DNA of 25,615 nt from Okeania sp. (GCF_035285525.1 NZ_JAYKGW010000112.1:1-25615), one strand, 5' to 3'. Positions 1 through 8,722 are shown, numbered from the stretch's first letter. Notes: generated by a model not told the origin, from the letters alone. Translations and numbers: made by a program.

Positions 1-212
1 AGGTTTATATAAAGTGTGAAAATAACCATGAAAATTTTACTTAAAACCCACCCCTAATATTTGTGAAGGCAGGTTTATATAAAGTGTGAAAATAACCATG
101 AAAATTCTGGTGAAAACCCACCCCTAATATTTGTGAAGGCAGGTTTATATAAAGTGTGAAAATAACCATGAAAATTCTATTGAAAACCCGCCCCTACTAT
201 CCTACAAAATAA
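1..212. repeat. 70-bp tandem repeat with three units (1-70, 71-140, 141-about 205); the array is cut by the window start
   Basis: Units 1 and 2 are identical except for 4 substitutions, all within unit positions 37-42. Unit 3 diverges after about nt 189. Each unit contains ATG AAA ATT NNN NNN AAA ACC CAC CCC TAA. Confidence 0.95.
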
Positions 213-235
213 CCACCAATTACTATGACTAACTT

Positions 236-619
236 ATGGAATTTTATTCTTCTTTTTTCCTTATTTCTTCTTCCTTAATCTTAGTACAAAAAACTGATGT
301 CAACCAAAGAAAAGTATTAAGCGAAATAGAAATTCAGCAACGCTTACAAAAGTTACCAAATTGGCAAATAAAAGATAATAAATTATCCTATACTCATCAA
401 TTTCAAAACTTTGTTGAAGCCATCAATTTTGTCAATTGTTTAGTTACACCAGCAGAAACAGCAAATCATCATCCAGATATTGCTATTTACTACAATCAAG
501 TGACGATAAATTTGACAACTCACGACCTCGGTGGATTAACCTTATTAGACTTTGATTTAGCAACAACTATTTCTCAGTTAATTAAAACTTGGAAATCAGA
601 CAAAAAATGCAAATATTAG
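236..619 (+). CDS. phhB: pterin-4-alpha-carbinolamine dehydratase (PCD/DCoH family)
   Basis: The translation has the family core: LSEIEIQQRLQKLPNWQ...FQNFVEAINFVNCLVTPAETANHHPDI...YNQVTINLTTHD. The first ~17 codons (MEFYSSFFLISSSLILV) are encoded by a TTCTTCC-type pyrimidine tract, so the true start is uncertain. No other in-frame ATG exists. Confidence 0.85.
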   Translation: MEFYSSFFLISSSLILVQKTDVNQRKVLSEIEIQQRLQKLPNWQIKDNKLSYTHQFQNFVEAINFVNCLVTPAETANHHPDIAIYYNQVTINLTTHDLGGLTLLDFDLATTISQLIKTWKSDKKCKY

Positions 620-665
620 AAGGAAGAGAGAGGAACGAAGAAGTAAGAAGAAAAAGGAAGAAAGT
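620..665. repeat. purine-rich GGAAGAA-like tract starting directly after the stop codon
   Basis: The sequence aaggaagagagaggaacgaagaagtaagaagaaaaaggaagaaag follows the TAG at 617-619. It is complementary in character to the pyrimidine tracts at 240-285, 1200-1240 and 1540-1600. Confidence 0.7.
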
Positions 666-1020
666 TAATTAAAAAAAATAGCTTTTTACAGTGCTTTCCG
701 CTGTGATAAGGTATATCTATCGTGGGCAAGATGCCCGCACTAAAAAGTTTTCATATATCTATTATTAATTATTCATTGCCTCCTTTTTCAAAAAGAAAAA
801 TTAATTCTAATAGATAATATCAGGCTGTATTAATTAACTACAATACAAAAAGAAAGTATAGATAATTTAGTCATCTAAAGATGACTTAAGCTATTAGCGA
901 AGGATTTCAATCCTTGGCGAACCATCTCAGGTATTTACTTCAAAAAAGGTGAGCTAATCTGCTTTGAAAGTAACTTCAAATTTTTTCTCAATTTTTCAAT
1001 TATATCTCTTCTTTCAAAAA

Positions 1021-1640
1021 GAATAAATTAATAACTGAAAGCTAAGATATATAGTTATTCTGAATAAGAATGAAACATTTTTTTAGCTGAAACCCTTTCA
1101 CAGTAAGAAATTATTGTCTCAGTCTAAACCAGAACGACTATAACTGTTTAATGATTACAAATATTGAGCAAGAGACATCTTCTGTAAAGTAAGGAAACTT
1201 AAATTTTCTTCCTACTTTTTACTTCCTTCTTCCTTATTACCTGAAATGACTTTATTTAGAACATTTATTAGTGGAATTGTAAAAATAATAAATTAATAAC
1301 GGAAAGCTAAGATATAATTGTTTAATCATTACAAATATTGAGCAATAGACATCTTCTGTAAAGTAAGGAAATTTAAGTTTCCTTCTTCCTTCTGAGATGA
1401 AATTTCCTAGTTTTGAAGAAGAAAGTTCTCATATCAGTATTGGTAAAAATTTCTAGTTTGTAGAGGGTTTGGAGACCAAACCACTACAGTCTTAAATTCT
1501 ACGGATACTATCAGATTTGAGATGAACTTTTTCTGATGATTTCTTACTTTTTCCTTCCTACTTCTTACTTCCTTTTTCCTTCCTACTTCTTCCTTCTTAA
1601 CTGAAATGACTTTATTTATAACATTTATTAGTGGAATTTT
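1021..1640. repeat. tandem duplication of the lnt upstream region plus the first ~35 nt of lnt (unit A about 1021-1286, unit B about 1287-1640, each with its own indels)
   Basis: Three blocks occur twice in the same order: aataaattaataacNgaaagctaagatata, tgtttaatNattacaaatattgagcaaNagacatcttctgtaaagtaaggaaa, and a pyrimidine tract followed by ctgaaATGACTTTATTTANAACATTTATTAGTGGAATT. The upstream ATG copy at 1246 stops after 16 codons. Confidence 0.85.
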
Positions 1641-3225
1641 AATGGGAATAACCACAGCACCAATAGGTGCATGGTTTTTCGGATGGATAGCTTTAGCTCC
1701 TCTTTGGATATTAGTAATCCAACAGGAAAAGCTCCTAAATAAATTTTTATTAGGTTTAATTTGGGGAATAGGTTATCACGGTTTTGCCTTGTTTTGGATA
1801 ACCGGAGTTCATCCAATGACTTGGTTAGGAGTTCCTTGGTTAGTTAGTTTAGCGATCGCTCTATTTTGTTGGATTTTTATTACTCTTTGGGGAGCAATTT
1901 TAGTTGCTATTTGGGCAGTTTTATTTGGATGGTTAATTCCTGTATATTTTTCAGAGAAAATATCTTCATTGATCAGAATTTTATTAGGGGTAAGTTTATG
2001 GTGTTGTTTAGAAAAAATCTGGAGTTCAGGAAATCTTTGGTGGACGTCTTTAGCTTTTACTCAAAGTCCGAATAATTTAGTAATTTTACACCTTGGTCAA
2101 TTATCGGGACCGATAACAATTACAGCAGCTATTGTTACGGTAAATGCTTTATTTGGAGAAGCTTTTATTCAAGGAAAACCACATAAAAAACCAAATAATT
2201 CAAAGCAACTTAACCCATTTATTAAACCTCAATTATTAATTATTAATTATTCATTATTAATTATTGATTATTCCTTTTTCTTTCCCATAATTGCTTTAAT
2301 ATTTTTCCATATTATAGGATTTAGCTTATACAATACTCCTTTAAATTCAGAACCAGAAGCAGCTTTAAAAATTGGAATTATTCAAGGAAATATTCCCAAT
2401 GAAATTAAACTTAATTCTCAAGGTTGGTATCGTGCATTAGAAGGTTACACTCAAGGATATAAAAAATTAGCAGAACAAAAAGTTGATGCTGTATTAACTC
2501 CAGAAACAGCTTTACCTTTTTTATGGACGAATCAAAATAATCGGAGATTTTTTTCCTTTTATCAAGCAATTTTAGAGAAAGGAGTAGTAGCTTGGGTAGG
2601 AGGTTATGGCAAACAAGATAATAATCTGACAAATAGTTTATTTACCATTGACAAAACAGGAGAAATTTTTAGCCGTTATGACAAAATTAAATTAGTACCT
2701 TTGGGAGAATATATTCCCTTTAATGAAGTGATAGGAAAATTAATAGATAGACTGTCACCTTTAGATGCTAATTTAGTACCAGGAAAAACCAACCAAATAT
2801 TTGATACACCCTTTGGCAAAGCCATAGTTGGAATTTGTTATGACTCAGCTTTTTCCGAAGTATTTCAAAGACAAACATTAGCAGGAGGAGAATTTATTTT
2901 AACTGCTGCTAATAACGCTCATTATAGTTCTATTATGCCAGCTCAACACCATGCTCAAGATATTATGCGGGCAATAGAAAATGATAGATGGGCAGTAAGA
3001 GCAACTAATACAGGTTATTCGGGAATTGTAGATCCTCATGGTCGAACAATTTGGTTATCATCTATTAATAATTATGAAATTTATACAACTATGATTTATC
3101 GGCGAAATACTCAAACTTTATATGTAAAATTAGGTGATTGGTTAACACCGCTATTATTTGTCGGAGGAGCATTAACAAAAATAATTTTCTGGATATTTTT
3201 AGGGAGTAGGAAATATTGGAAGTAG
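1606..3225 (+). CDS. lnt: apolipoprotein N-acyltransferase
   Basis: It has a multi-TM N-terminal half followed by a CN-hydrolase domain. The Lnt triad context is present: LTPETALPF (Glu), YDKIKLVPLGEYIPF (Lys) and VGICYDSAF (Cys). There is a C-terminal TM helix. Confidence 0.9.
   Translation: MTLFITFISGILMGITTAPIGAWFFGWIALAPLWILVIQQEKLLNKFLLGLIWGIGYHGFALFWITGVHPMTWLGVPWLVSLAIALFCWIFITLWGAILVAIWAVLFGWLIPVYFSEKISSLIRILLGVSLWCCLEKIWSSGNLWWTSLAFTQSPNNLVILHLGQLSGPITITAAIVTVNALFGEAFIQGKPHKKPNNSKQLNPFIKPQLLIINYSLLIIDYSFFFPIIALIFFHIIGFSLYNTPLNSEPEAALKIGIIQGNIPNEIKLNSQGWYRALEGYTQGYKKLAEQKVDAVLTPETALPFLWTNQNNRRFFSFYQAILEKGVVAWVGGYGKQDNNLTNSLFTIDKTGEIFSRYDKIKLVPLGEYIPFNEVIGKLIDRLSPLDANLVPGKTNQIFDTPFGKAIVGICYDSAFSEVFQRQTLAGGEFILTAANNAHYSSIMPAQHHAQDIMRAIENDRWAVRATNTGYSGIVDPHGRTIWLSSINNYEIYTTMIYRRNTQTLYVKLGDWLTPLLFVGGALTKIIFWIFLGSRKYWK
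2231..2272. repeat. six AATTATT-type heptamers (42 nt) lying in frame inside lnt
   Basis: The array reads aattatt aattatt aattatt cattatt aattatt gattatt and translates as (Q)LLIINYSLLIIDYS. The same heptamer family forms intergenic arrays at 11446-11476, 13856-13884, 15004-15030, 18181-18204 and 25315-25340. Confidence 0.9.
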
Positions 3226-3416
3226 GATAGGAAAAAAGTAAAAAATATATCAGCATTTAGCTATTAGTAATCAGCAGTCAGCTCCTAGCTTTTTAATAAA
3301 AATGAATCAAGACAGCATTTTTGTAACTCTTACTAAATTTTCAACTTTTTCCTATTTTTCTTTCTTCTCCCTTCCTCCTTGTTTCTACAATCTGTAACAA
3401 ACATTTATAAAATTGC

Positions 3417-3422
3417 TATAAT
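3417..3422 (+). promoter_or_regulatory. candidate -10 box (TATAAT) upstream of the first SBP gene
   Basis: A perfect TATAAT lies 64 nt upstream of the ATG at 3486. The best -35 candidate is TGTAAC with an 18-nt spacer, which is weak. This is a sequence pattern only. Confidence 0.3.
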
Positions 3423-3485
3423 AGCTCTTTGGGGAACATTCTACAGGAAATACTTAGGTCAAAAGTCTAATAAACTAGAAAAAAA

Positions 3486-4868
3486 ATGAACAAAAAATTG
3501 TTGATATTTATCCTTTTTCTGGTCAGTTTGCTTATAGTAACCTGTACCAATCAATCTGCTAAATTAGACTCTCAAAAAACATCTTTACCAGAAACAAAAC
3601 CATTAACAATCTGGTGGACAAAAGGTTTTTATCCTGAAGAAGATGAAGCCATTAAACAAATAGTTGAAGAGTGGCAGAAAAACAGTGGTTATCCAGTTGA
3701 ACTTCTTTTTTTCAACGATGATGAAAGTTTAAAAATAACTCTTCTTGAGGCTGTAGCAGCAGAAAAACCTCCAGATATTGTTTATAATTATGGTTTAGAA
3801 TTTGGTATAAGTCCTCGTCTAGCATGGGAAGATAAATTAGCAGATGTTTCTGATGTGATTGAACCTGTTAAATCTCTTTACACTCAAACAGCTCTTACAT
3901 CTGTTTATCTAAACAATAATGTAACTAAAAAACGTAGTTATTATGCAGTGCCAATCCAGCAACAAACTTTACATATTCATTATTGGCAAGATTTGCTCAA
4001 AGAAATTAATTTAACAACGTCAGATATACCTAATGAATGGAATAAGTTTTGGCAATTTTGGCAAAATACTCAAAAGATAATTCGTCAAAAAGATCAATCA
4101 GAAATCTATGGCATTGGTTTAACTATGTCTGCTGCTTCTGTAGATAACTTTTATGAATTTGAACAAATGTTGGAAGTTTATGATGTTAATTTATTAGATA
4201 AAAATGGAAAACTGCAAGTAGATAAACCCGAAGTTCGCCAAGGAATAATTAAAGTTTTAAATTGGGTTACTAATCTTTACAAAGATGGATATATACCTCC
4301 AGATTCAGTTCAATGGGCCGCAGTAGATAATAACGTTAGTTTTCTCAATCGTAATTTGTTAATGGTAGCTAATCCTACTTTATCAATTCCTACTTCTCAA
4401 CGACAAGATTTAGAAGTTTATCAAGACCAAATTAAAACAATTGAATTTCCTAATGAACCAGATGGAGAACCAGCAAAATACCTAGTATCTGTTAAACAAA
4501 TACTTACTTTTCAATCATCCTCTAATTTAGAGCAAGCTAAGAACTTTTTATCCTTCTTTATTCGCCCAGAAAATATAAGCGAATATCTACAACTTTCAGG
4601 AGGAAGATATTTCCCAGTAATGCCACAATTATTATCAGATAAATTTTGGCAAGATCAAACTGACCCTCATATTTCTGTAGCAGTTAAACAATTTCAAGAA
4701 GGTGCTACTCGACCTTTTAATTATGTAGTTAATCCTGCTTACTCTGAAGTATTATCACAAAATATTTGGGGCAAGGCAATTAAAAGAGTAATTGTTGATG
4801 GATTATCAACAGAAGATGCTACTGATGAAGCAATTTCTAAAATACAAGAAATATTTGCTCAATGGTAA
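3486..4868 (+). CDS. ABC transporter substrate-binding lipoprotein (extracellular solute-binding family 1, carbohydrate-type)
   Basis: It has a signal peptide with a Cys lipobox-like site (LLIVTC/TNQ). The family pattern is present: LTIWWTKGFYPEEDEAIKQIVEEWQK...PPDIVY...FLNRN...RYFPVMP. It is a paralog of the next gene. Confidence 0.85.
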   Translation: MNKKLLIFILFLVSLLIVTCTNQSAKLDSQKTSLPETKPLTIWWTKGFYPEEDEAIKQIVEEWQKNSGYPVELLFFNDDESLKITLLEAVAAEKPPDIVYNYGLEFGISPRLAWEDKLADVSDVIEPVKSLYTQTALTSVYLNNNVTKKRSYYAVPIQQQTLHIHYWQDLLKEINLTTSDIPNEWNKFWQFWQNTQKIIRQKDQSEIYGIGLTMSAASVDNFYEFEQMLEVYDVNLLDKNGKLQVDKPEVRQGIIKVLNWVTNLYKDGYIPPDSVQWAAVDNNVSFLNRNLLMVANPTLSIPTSQRQDLEVYQDQIKTIEFPNEPDGEPAKYLVSVKQILTFQSSSNLEQAKNFLSFFIRPENISEYLQLSGGRYFPVMPQLLSDKFWQDQTDPHISVAVKQFQEGATRPFNYVVNPAYSEVLSQNIWGKAIKRVIVDGLSTEDATDEAISKIQEIFAQW

Positions 4869-4985
4869 ACCAATTATTAATGGATAATGGATAATGGATA
4901 ATTTATAATTGCTAATGGATAATGAATAATGGTAATCATTCAGCTATTAGCTAGCCCTTTATTAATGAATAATGGATAATTAATA
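4869..4985. repeat. ATGGATA-heptamer-rich spacer between the SBP paralogs, duplicated at 6360-6455
   Basis: The run taaaccaattattaatggataatgg...ggtaatcattcagctattagctagccctttattaatgaa...ggataattaataATG is nearly identical after both SBP stop codons. Confidence 0.85.
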
Positions 4986-6359
4986 ATGAGACATAAATTT
5001 TTAGCAATAGTTTTGTTATTTATACTGAGTTTAATATTAGTTACTTGTAGCTCTAATCAACCTCAAAATTCTGTTCAAACACCTCCTTCAGATCAAGTTT
5101 TAACTATTTGGTGGAATCGAGGATATTATCCAGCACAAGATGAAGCTATACAAAAAGTTATTGCTAACTGGAAAGAAAAAACTAACAACGAAGTTGAAAT
5201 TTCGTTTTTGACTACAGACAACCTTTTTGAAGCAGGTACTAATGCTCTAGCAGCAGGCAAACCACCAGATATATTTTTTTCTTCTATAGGAGAATATACT
5301 GTGATTCCTCAATGGGCTTGGGAAGGTAAATTAGTAGATTTTTCAGATGTAATTGAACCTGTCAAAAATTTATACAATGATACTGCTTTAAAGTCTGTTT
5401 ATTTGTACAACAATGTTGAAGGTAAATATTCTAATTATGGATTACCAATTATGGAACAAGGTCTCCATATTCACTACTGGTATGATTTAATTAGTGAGGC
5501 AAATTTAGGAGAAGAAATACCAAAAAATTGGGATGAATTTTGGCAGTATTGGCAAAATGCACAAAAAAATTTACGTCAACAAGGTAAAAGTAATATTTAT
5601 GGTTTAGGTTTGCCTATGTCTATTGATGGTATAGATACTTCTATTATCTTTGAACAAATTTTGGAGGCTAACAATTTACAAATACTAGATAAGGAAGGCA
5701 AACTACAAATAGATCAACCAGAATTCAGACAAAAAATTATTAATATTTTAGAATGGTACACTAACTTTTATAAAAATGGTTATGTTCCACCTAATGCAGT
5801 TAATTGGCGCAATTCTGATAATAATACTAATTTCCTCAATCGCAATAGTTTAATGACTATTAATCCAACTATGTCGATTCCTAGTTCCCAACAAGAAGAT
5901 GAAGAAATTTACTTTAATCAAATGAGAACTATTGAGTTTCCTAATAATCCTAATGGAACCAAACCTATATCTTTAGTATCTATCAAACAACCTGTAATTT
6001 TTACATCTTCTGCTCATCCTAAATTAGCAAAAGAATTTTTATCATATTTAATACAACCAGAAAATTTAGGAGCTTATATTAAAGGTGCTAGAGGTCGTTA
6101 TTTTCCAATAATGCCTCAACTTTGGGAAGACCCATTTTGGAACAATACAAAAGATCCCCATATTTCTGTAGCATCTCAACAGTTAACTGCCAATCAAACT
6201 CGTTTATTTAAAAATTCGATTAATCCTGCTTATTCTCAAGTACATTCAGAAAATATTTGGGGTAAGGCAATGCGACAAATTTTAATAGAAGGTTTATCGC
6301 CAACTGAAGCAACTGATATAGCTATTAAACGAATTACAGAAATATTTGCTCAGTGGTAA
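4986..6359 (+). CDS. ABC transporter substrate-binding lipoprotein, tandem paralog of 3486-4868
   Basis: It is collinear with the upstream gene over its full length. Shared blocks include LTIWWNRGYYPAQDEAIQ, KPPDIFF, SDVIEPVKNLY, HIHYW, FLNRNSLM, TIEFPN, RYFPIMPQL, DPHISVA, NPAYS, NIWGKA and EIFAQW. The lipobox is LILVTC/SSN. Confidence 0.85.
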   Translation: MRHKFLAIVLLFILSLILVTCSSNQPQNSVQTPPSDQVLTIWWNRGYYPAQDEAIQKVIANWKEKTNNEVEISFLTTDNLFEAGTNALAAGKPPDIFFSSIGEYTVIPQWAWEGKLVDFSDVIEPVKNLYNDTALKSVYLYNNVEGKYSNYGLPIMEQGLHIHYWYDLISEANLGEEIPKNWDEFWQYWQNAQKNLRQQGKSNIYGLGLPMSIDGIDTSIIFEQILEANNLQILDKEGKLQIDQPEFRQKIINILEWYTNFYKNGYVPPNAVNWRNSDNNTNFLNRNSLMTINPTMSIPSSQQEDEEIYFNQMRTIEFPNNPNGTKPISLVSIKQPVIFTSSAHPKLAKEFLSYLIQPENLGAYIKGARGRYFPIMPQLWEDPFWNNTKDPHISVASQQLTANQTRLFKNSINPAYSQVHSENIWGKAMRQILIEGLSPTEATDIAIKRITEIFAQW

Positions 6360-6479
6360 ACCAATTATTAATGGATAATGAATAATTAATAATGGTAATC
6401 ATTCAGCTATTAGCTAGCCCTTTATTAATGAACAATGGATAATGGATAATTAATAATGAGACATAAATTATTAGCAATA
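6360..6479 (+). pseudogene. 5' stub of a third SBP copy (the duplicated spacer plus the first ~8 codons of the 4986 gene)
   Basis: ATGAGACATAAATTATTAGCAATA at 6456 matches ATGAGACATAAATTTTTAGCAATA at 4986. Similarity then ends, and the frame stops after 25 codons. Confidence 0.75.
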
Positions 6480-6594
6480 AGTAAAAGGTTGAAAATAAAG
6501 CTTTTATCCTATACCAAAAATAATAGTTAATTGCTGAGGTGCTAACAGCTCAATGCTGACAATACAGCAAAGTAAAAAATGAGGATATTAAGTC

Positions 6595-8670
6595 ATGTAT
6601 TTCTGGAAAAAAAGCCTCCTAATTCAAATTGTTGGTTCTTTTGTAATATTGTCATTGATAACAATATCAATTGTCGGATATACGACTTTTAATCAAGCAC
6701 GAGAATCTTTAAAAGAATCAGTATTTCAACGCCTAAACTTTGCTATAAAATTTAAAGAGAATGAACTTAATCGTTGGACATTAGACCAACGAAAAAATAT
6801 CTTAGCCATCACTGAGTTAACAGAAATTAGTAACCAAACAAAAATATTATTAACAACCAAAAAATCTACACCAGAATATAAATCAGCTCAAACTTCACTA
6901 GAGACTTCTTTAAAGTCTTTCACTAATAATCTTGACAACTTACAAGAAATTTTTGTTTTAAGTAGAAATGCTAGAATTTTAGTTTCTACTAATGCTAATC
7001 AAGTAGGCAAATATCAACCCTTAGTACAATATAGTGAGGTAACAAAAACTCCCACAGAAAATTTAGTTTCCAACTTTTACCCCTCTTCAGAAACAGGTAA
7101 ACCTATGATTACCTTCGCTGTTCCTATTCTCAATGAAAATGGTAAACAATTAGGACTATTAGCTACTCATCTTAACCTAGAAAGAATTGATACTATTATT
7201 AGAAAACAAGCAGGATTAGGAGAAACATCAGAAACCTATTTAGTAGGTAATATTGGTAGTAGTTTGTCAAGAAGAAATGTATTTGTTTCCGCCACAAAAT
7301 TTGGTTCAGAGGAATTTCCTGATGGCATTAGTAGTCAAGGTATTAATACTGCTATTAATGGTAAAAATGGTCAAGGTTTGTATCTAAACTATAGGGGAGT
7401 ACCAGTTATTGGTGTTTATCGGTGGCTGGAATATCAAGACTTAGCATTATTAGTAGAAATAGAGCAAACAGAAGCATTTGCTCCTGCTCGTCATCTTGCT
7501 AGTTCAATTTTAATAATTGGTTTGATATTAGCTTTGCTAATGGCAGTAGCTATGTTATTATTAGGCCGTCAAATTGTACGACCAATTTTAGTGATCGCTC
7601 ATACAGCTAAGTTAGTAAGTAAAGGCGATTTAACTCAAAAAGTGCCAGTATTAACTAAAAACGAAATTGGTTTCTTAGCTCAAACTTTTAATCAAATGAT
7701 TCAAAAGTTAAACAGTTCATATCAGGAACTATCTAATTACAGTCAGTTTCTCGAAGTTAAAGTTGATGAAAGAACTCAAGAATTAAAAGAAAAAAATACA
7801 GATTTAGAACAAACACTTCATAAGCTAAAAGAAACTCAAGGTCAATTAATTCAGAATGAAAAAATGGTGGGTTTAGGTCAGTTAGTTGCTGGAATTGCCC
7901 ATGAAATTAATAATCCGGTTAACTTTATTTCTGGCAACATTATATATGCCAGAGATTATGCAGAAAACTTGTTAGATTTAGTCAACCTTTATCAGGAATG
8001 TTACCCAGAACCAGTAGTTGAAATTAAAGATAAAGAAGAGATAATAGAGTTAGAATTTATTAGAGAAGATTTACCTGATTTACTAAATTCTATGCAACAA
8101 GGAACTAAAAGAATTCAAGAAATAGTTCTATCTATGCGCAACTTTTCTCGCCACGATCAATCTAGTCAAAAACAAGTTAATATTCACGAAGGTATAAACA
8201 GTACCCTACTAATTTTGCAACATCGGCTTAAACAAAAAGAAGGATTTCCAGAAATTAAGCTAATTAAAGAATATGGTAATTTGCCATTAGTCGAATGTTT
8301 AGCAGGTCAAATTAATCAGGTTTTTATGAATATTTTGGCTAATGGTATTGATGCTTTAGAAATGTCACCGGAAAAATCTAAATCTAAATTTATTTCTATT
8401 CAACCTCATATAAAAATTAAGACAGAAACTATCAATAAAGACTATATATCTATCCGCATTAGTGATAACGGACCAGGAATACCAGAAGAAGTAAAAAACA
8501 GAATATTTGAACCTTTTTATACAACTAAACCTGTAGGAAAAGGTACTGGTTTAGGATTATCTTTAAGTTATCAGATTATAGTTGAAAAGCATGGGGGTAA
8601 TTTTTACTGCAATTCTATACTTGGGGAGGGTACAGAATTTGTGATTGAATTGCCTATCGTCTATAACTAA
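6595..8670 (+). CDS. sensor histidine kinase with TM, an extracytoplasmic Cache-like domain, TM, HAMP, a coiled coil, and HisKA/HATPase domains
   Basis: There are two TM helices (aa ~8-30 and ~300-323). A HAMP-like segment reads RPILVIAHTAKLVSKGDLTQKV...IGFLAQTFNQMIQKL. The catalytic boxes are present: H-box AGIAHEINNPVNFI, N-box NILANGIDAL, G1 DNGPGI and G2 GKGTGLGLS. No response regulator lies in the window. Confidence 0.9.
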   Translation: MYFWKKSLLIQIVGSFVILSLITISIVGYTTFNQARESLKESVFQRLNFAIKFKENELNRWTLDQRKNILAITELTEISNQTKILLTTKKSTPEYKSAQTSLETSLKSFTNNLDNLQEIFVLSRNARILVSTNANQVGKYQPLVQYSEVTKTPTENLVSNFYPSSETGKPMITFAVPILNENGKQLGLLATHLNLERIDTIIRKQAGLGETSETYLVGNIGSSLSRRNVFVSATKFGSEEFPDGISSQGINTAINGKNGQGLYLNYRGVPVIGVYRWLEYQDLALLVEIEQTEAFAPARHLASSILIIGLILALLMAVAMLLLGRQIVRPILVIAHTAKLVSKGDLTQKVPVLTKNEIGFLAQTFNQMIQKLNSSYQELSNYSQFLEVKVDERTQELKEKNTDLEQTLHKLKETQGQLIQNEKMVGLGQLVAGIAHEINNPVNFISGNIIYARDYAENLLDLVNLYQECYPEPVVEIKDKEEIIELEFIREDLPDLLNSMQQGTKRIQEIVLSMRNFSRHDQSSQKQVNIHEGINSTLLILQHRLKQKEGFPEIKLIKEYGNLPLVECLAGQINQVFMNILANGIDALEMSPEKSKSKFISIQPHIKIKTETINKDYISIRISDNGPGIPEEVKNRIFEPFYTTKPVGKGTGLGLSLSYQIIVEKHGGNFYCNSILGEGTEFVIELPIVYN

Positions 8671-8722
8671 GGAAGAAGGAAGGAAGAAGAAGAAATAAGG
8701 AAGAAGCCAGAAGGCAGAAGCT
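8671..8722. repeat. purine-rich GGAAGAA-type tract directly after the kinase stop codon
   Basis: The sequence ggaagaaggaaggaagaagaagaaataaggaagaagccagaaggcagaagc begins immediately after the TAA at 8668-8670. Confidence 0.75.

Noticed and set aside
1-212. Possible CRISPR array, given the regular 70-bp periodicity at the window start
   Set aside because: The whole unit repeats and only a 6-nt block varies. There are no unique spacers of CRISPR length and no cas genes in the window.
870-935. Hairpins (agtcatctaaagatgact and aaggatttcaatcctt) that vaguely recall a CRISPR repeat or tRNA-like fragment
   Set aside because: They occur once and show no cloverleaf or T-loop consensus, so there is not enough to call an RNA gene.
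1434-2632. Small ORFs overlapping the lnt 5' region and body (1434-1655 -, 1628-1816 -, 1866-2075 +, 2411-2632 -)
   Set aside because: They overlap the confidently called lnt frame or the repeat-derived pyrimidine tract, and they have no recognisable motifs.
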